This document shows, one piece after another, positions 27,093 to 30,615 of a DNA stretch of 30,615 bases (the stretch's first letter is position 1; every line of letters begins with the position of its first letter). The position numbers were made by a program, and so were the translations under genes. The notes below the pieces were generated by a model. It had not been told where the DNA came from, searched no databases, and was given only the letters and a program-made list of their open reading frames with translations. This stretch comes from a virus (lineage: Duplodnaviria; Caudoviricetes). The stretch covers positions 1-30,615 of IMG/VR virus record IMGVR_UViG_3300030376_001642. One strand, 5' to 3'.

Positions 27093-27100
27093 TATTTATA
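27093..27100 (-). promoter_or_regulatory. Exact T4 late promoter consensus TATAAATA
   Basis: TATAAATA-CTTAA-ATG. Confidence 0.75.
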
Positions 27101-27164
27101 GGACAAAGTATGTCCTAGTACTAGATCGTTGCTTACAGACGGCGTGTGTGCGTTGTATGGGGTG

Positions 27165-27419
27165 TTACATTGCGTTGCTTACAACACTTGCTATGATAGT
27201 TACTAGTGTGGTGAGAACCATACCAAGAATCCAAAAGATTCTGTTATCGAGCCTGTCTAGGCGATCCTGGAAAAACTTTCTGTTTTCTTTAATATTGTGT
27301 TCTAACCTGTGTATACAATCATGTATGTGGGTCAGTGACTCGTTTTTGATCTGCTCAGTCTCTTGATGTAATCTGATAACGTCTTCCTTTAGATCTTGGT
27401 TGGTTATTCTTTTAGCCAT
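27165..27419 (-). CDS. Holin-like membrane protein (XhlA-type architecture)
   Basis: N-terminal coiled coil plus a single C-terminal TM helix (IFWILGMVLTTLVTIIASVV); at the end of the late operon. Confidence 0.55.
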   Translation of the reverse strand: MAKRITNQDLKEDVIRLHQETEQIKNESLTHIHDCIHRLEHNIKENRKFFQDRLDRLDNRIFWILGMVLTTLVTIIASVVSNAM

Positions 27420-27420
27420 G

Positions 27421-27489
27421 TTACATTCCTAACATGTCTTTGATTTTTTGCCATATACTTTTACAGCATTGTTTAATTTTGTTCCACAT
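27421..27489 (-). CDS. 22-aa cationic amphipathic peptide, not in ORF track
   Basis: MWNKIKQCCKSIWQKIKDMLGM; AGGA upstream; stops 1 nt before the holin-like ATG. Confidence 0.55.
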   Translation of the reverse strand: MWNKIKQCCKSIWQKIKDMLGM

Positions 27490-27847
27490 ATCCTATGTTT
27501 TCCCTTATTGTTTCTAATTTTACCTTGTCTTGTTGTATAATACAAGGATATTGCGTAGAATCACCACCTTCATCTGGATGACTCCACAAAAATTCGCTAT
27601 GTGTGTGCCTGCTGTTCATTTTGTCTGCTAATTTGTCTAATTCATTTGCTGTCATGTCTTTATACACAAACACAAATGCTTCAAACTTTGTAGCAGGGAA
27701 TAGTGTTGCTATAGTATTCAAACACTTTATGCTGTTTTCCCATACAAGTATTTTATCCATTAACTTACTACTCCATGGACATACTTTCTTTATACTAGCA
27801 AAGTAAGTACGCCATTCAGAATCACTACTTGCGACCTTTACCGCCAC
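27473..27847 (-). CDS. Hypothetical protein (CPW ... HP motifs, weakly DUF1415-like)
   Basis: 124-aa ORF with GTG start (uncertain). Confidence 0.6.
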   Translation of the reverse strand: MAVKVASSDSEWRTYFASIKKVCPWSSKLMDKILVWENSIKCLNTIATLFPATKFEAFVFVYKDMTANELDKLADKMNSRHTHSEFLWSHPDEGGDSTQYPCIIQQDKVKLETIRENIGYVEQN

Positions 27848-27896
27848 GTTGATTCTTTTTCTTCTTTTTCTTTTTGCCGCCTCTCATGGTTGCCAT
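27825..27896 (-). CDS. 23-aa highly basic micropeptide, not in ORF track
   Basis: MATMRGGKKKKKKKNQRGGKGRK; TAATG-coupled, AAGGAG RBS. Confidence 0.6.
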   Translation of the reverse strand: MATMRGGKKKKKKKNQRGGKGRK

Positions 27897-28219
27897 TATA
27901 TTCTCCTTTGTAATTTTGTTACTTGTTTATTGACCCAACTTAATGCTCTAGGACCACCCCAAAGCAAGTAGGCTCCAATTGCTTTTGAATTCTCTGCTGT
28001 CAATCCTTTGTCTCGTGCTGTTCTGTAATTCTCTCTTGCCCTAATGAGATAACTTCTCATTCTAACCAATGTTCTTAAACTTAAATTATCACCATTTGCC
28101 AATTGGTTTGCTCTTGCTAAACCTACCTTAGTACCATATTGTCTACTAGGTGGCAATGTTTTTCTTATTTCTAGTGCCTTCTTTGCGGCATCTCTCATGT
28201 AATCTGGTGCTACTGGCAT
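27896..28219 (-). CDS. Conserved-type phage hypothetical protein (GT.VG.ARA.QLA...LLWGG)
   Basis: ATG at 28219 (TAATG coupling). I recognise the motif from phage head-associated hypothetical proteins; function unknown. Confidence 0.7.
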   Translation of the reverse strand: MPVAPDYMRDAAKKALEIRKTLPPSRQYGTKVGLARANQLANGDNLSLRTLVRMRSYLIRARENYRTARDKGLTAENSKAIGAYLLWGGPRALSWVNKQVTKLQRRI

Positions 28220-28389
28220 TATTCGTCTCTCAATTCCCAGGCTGAACCTGTCCAATAAGGTATCTTTTCTTCACCGTAATCACATATTTGTTCAGGTATT
28301 GCTGTCATTGTGTAAGAGTATCCTGTTTCATCTTTTAGAACACCCATTTTGTAAAATTTGCCTGTTTCTGTGTTATAAAAGTATTTCAT
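28219..28389 (-). CDS. Small tail-fibre-assembly-like protein (56 aa), not in ORF track
   Basis: MKYFYNTETG...TMTAIPE...PYWTGSAWEL; TAATG-coupled on both sides. Confidence 0.65.
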   Translation of the reverse strand: MKYFYNTETGKFYKMGVLKDETGYSYTMTAIPEQICDYGEEKIPYWTGSAWELRDE

Positions 28390-29564
28390 TATGGTCCTTT
28401 GTTCAGTGAGTGCGATATATGTGCTGAGAATATAGTATTCGCACTACTGCTGTTAGTATAAGGAGCACCATAACTGTTTACAGCATCATAATTTGTATCT
28501 ACTCTCATAAAATGACTACCATTTACTCTAGCACTATATATGTAACCTTCTTTTGTGGCACCAGCACCAATTGTAAATGAACTACTACCACTAGTTGCTA
28601 TTTGTGTATAAGAATTTGCCGCTGTATCTACTACCAACATATCACTTTCATTAAATGGCAAAGCATATACTTTACCGTCTGAACCTGTTGTAGGTCCTAT
28701 ATATGCTGTTGATGTATAGTTTAATCCTAATTGACTTGCTGAATATTCAACTAATGAATTGCTTGTGGTATCTAGTATACACACATAACCTTGACTGTGT
28801 GGTACACCTACTATTTTACCGTCATTGCCATTAGCAAAACCTGTGTATCTGTTAGCACCTGATAAACTAGAAGTAGCAAATGTAGTCCAACTGTTACCAG
28901 ATTCATTATACACTCTAAAGTCTGCTTGATTCTGTGGACAAGCATAGAATTTACCATCAAAGCCTACACAGCCTCCACTATGTCCAAAATCACTGGTGAG
29001 TGATTCTGATAATTGTTCTATGCTACTAGCACCTGGTGTGTATTTTAAATAAGGACCACTTGTTGTTCTAGGTTGAAACAGTATATTACCGCTAGGTAAG
29101 GTGTATGCTCCATAATAACTATAACTACTTGGCATACCTGTTAAAGTAAGTTGTGATGCTACATCATTTACAGGATCAAATTCAACTATTGGTTGCCCAC
29201 TGCCAAAAGGTGCTACATATATGTTACCATTGTGTCCTATTGCTCCACCTGTATAATTGTTACTGCCTAGAACACCATGACTAGTCATTTGTGTGTAAAC
29301 ATCATTTACTGGATCTATTTCAACAAAATATTGAACATTTCTAGGTATCATGTAAAGATTACCATTTGGATGTCCTATAACACCTCTATGATTCATGCTA
29401 AAGCCTGGACTTATTAATGTTGTAGTTGCTACACTAGTGTTACTCCAACTACCTACTTCTGTGAGATAGTCTGCTTGACTTGGAGCAGTATTCCATGTTG
29501 GGAAGTCAAAGTCATTAGCCACTACTCCTCCTGAAAAAAATCCTGTTCTAGCACTGAATGGCAT
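28389..29564 (-). CDS. Beta-propeller repeat protein, putative receptor-binding/accessory virion protein
   Basis: About seven ~45-aa repeats of Y.G...G.(N/D)G.IY..P (e.g. YTGGAIGHNGNIYVAP, YIGPTTGSDGKVYALP). Confidence 0.75.
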   Translation of the reverse strand: MPFSARTGFFSGGVVANDFDFPTWNTAPSQADYLTEVGSWSNTSVATTTLISPGFSMNHRGVIGHPNGNLYMIPRNVQYFVEIDPVNDVYTQMTSHGVLGSNNYTGGAIGHNGNIYVAPFGSGQPIVEFDPVNDVASQLTLTGMPSSYSYYGAYTLPSGNILFQPRTTSGPYLKYTPGASSIEQLSESLTSDFGHSGGCVGFDGKFYACPQNQADFRVYNESGNSWTTFATSSLSGANRYTGFANGNDGKIVGVPHSQGYVCILDTTSNSLVEYSASQLGLNYTSTAYIGPTTGSDGKVYALPFNESDMLVVDTAANSYTQIATSGSSSFTIGAGATKEGYIYSARVNGSHFMRVDTNYDAVNSYGAPYTNSSSANTIFSAHISHSLNKGP

Positions 29565-29565
29565 A

Positions 29566-29694
29566 TTAGTCTCTAAATTCTTCTGGGGCTTCGTCGCCGT
29601 GTCCTACAACATCCACATACATTTCTGCTTGTTCTTGTGTAAAACCTAAATTTAGATATATTTGTATTTTTTCTGCTCTGGTTAATTTAGCCAT
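29566..29694 (-). CDS. Small hypothetical protein (42 aa), not in ORF track
   Basis: MAKLTRAEKIQIYLNLGFTQEQAEMYVDVVGHGDEAPEEFRD; AAGGAG RBS. Confidence 0.65.
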   Translation of the reverse strand: MAKLTRAEKIQIYLNLGFTQEQAEMYVDVVGHGDEAPEEFRD

Positions 29695-29704
29695 TATCTA
29701 CTCC

Positions 29705-30615
29705 TTATGCGTATGCTTTAGTTAAACTTGCTAGGTAGTTAGTACCATCATAAACAACACTTATAACATCTATTGAACCACCTGCTGTACTTAATGTTTT
29801 ACTACCGCCTATAAATTTCATACTACTTGTTAGTGCGTGTGAGCCTGTGCCATCTTGTGTAATAACTATTGTCATTGATGTACCTGCTACAGCATTTGCT
29901 ATAGTGTTTATTGTGATACCACCTGTTGCTGTTACTGTATATATACTACCATTTGTGGCATTTAGACTAGCACTGATATCACCACTTTGGTTGCCTAATG
30001 CTACTACTGTTTCATTAAACTTTTTAAGTGTTGTATTGTCACCTGCTACTGTGGCACCTGATATAGTGCCTGTCGACACAACATTGTGATTAAATGTTGT
30101 ATTAGCAGTTTGTATTTCTACTCTGCTTGTAGTATCTTCTTTTATTTTTAGTACATTGCTTTGTTCTTCTAGTACTAAACTATATGATTTAGCAGTTACA
30201 CCACTGCCTTGCGTTGCTGTATATGTAAATACACCTGGGCCTAAGTTTTGGGCTGAACCACCCGCAATACCACTGGCAAAACCACTAGTTAGACCAGCAT
30301 CATTATATAGTTCATAAACTGCTATACTACCAAATGTACCAAATAATTTTAAGTATTTTGTTGTGCCATTTAGTGCGGCATATGGAGATCCTGTAAATCC
30401 ACTTATAACTGCGGCTGTACCATCAACATAATTACCACTACTTGTTAATGAACCTATAGCATCAAAACTGTTACCAACAACACCTGCTCCAAACACATTG
30501 TTTGGTGAGTTATCTGCTTGTATAGTCTGTCCTGTTAAACTGAAACTGTTGTCATTTCTTTTTACTACAATTTCTTGGTCACCAACTGTACCAGCACCTC
30601 TACTTTGACCATGTG
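29705..30615 (-). CDS. Long tail fibre, 3' part (continuation of the gene starting at 3460)
   Basis: Frame open to the right end. C-terminal ITQDGTGSH...STAGGSIDVISVVYDGTNY domain. Confidence 0.85.
   Translation of the reverse strand, partial: HGQSRGAGTVGDQEIVVKRNDNSFSLTGQTIQADNSPNNVFGAGVVGNSFDAIGSLTSSGNYVDGTAAVISGFTGSPYAALNGTTKYLKLFGTFGSIAVYELYNDAGLTSGFASGIAGGSAQNLGPGVFTYTATQGSGVTAKSYSLVLEEQSNVLKIKEDTTSRVEIQTANTTFNHNVVSTGTISGATVAGDNTTLKKFNETVVALGNQSGDISASLNATNGSIYTVTATGGITINTIANAVAGTSMTIVITQDGTGSHALTSSMKFIGGSKTLSTAGGSIDVISVVYDGTNYLASLTKAYA
30267..30615. repeat. Terminal direct repeat, right copy
   Basis: Matches 3..351 with 8 substitutions at 30518..30543. Confidence 0.95.

Noticed and set aside
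1-30615. tRNA genes, integrase/att site, introns/inteins, stop-codon reassignment
   Set aside because: No cloverleaf or recombinase motifs were seen by eye. terL, portal and capsid are uninterrupted and of normal size. Genes tile densely under the standard code with frequent TAATG coupling.

Overview
The window looks like an essentially complete, circularly assembled genome of about 30.26 kb from a small AT-rich tailed phage of siphovirus type. Bases 3..351 recur at 30267..30615, with a cluster of 8 mismatches suggesting two alleles of the tail-fibre gene at the assembly break. Nearly all genes are on the minus strand, in this order: terS, terL, a small accessory island, portal, scaffold, major capsid, head-tail adaptor, tail terminator, tail tube, G/GT chaperones with a lambda-type GGGAAAG -1 frameshift, tape measure, tail-tip genes, a Gly-rich fibre, a ~1339-aa collagen-containing fibre spanning the ends (largely missed by the ORF track), a beta-propeller protein and a holin-like protein. 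I recognise no polymerase, primase, helicase, integrase, sigma factor or endolysin. Most larger intergenic gaps carry a correctly oriented (G/T)ATAAATA motif, the T4-type late promoter, whereas I found only one canonical sigma70 promoter. My leading hypothesis (inference) is a virophage-like phage that builds its own virion but borrows late transcription, and perhaps replication and lysis, from a co-infecting T4-like helper. Other highlights are an apparently permuted (BPP-1-like) HK97-fold capsid protein, a ~380-nt candidate non-coding RNA bounded by a promoter motif and a terminator, a candidate origin, and several unannotated micropeptides. All family assignments come from motif recognition by eye; no searches were run.
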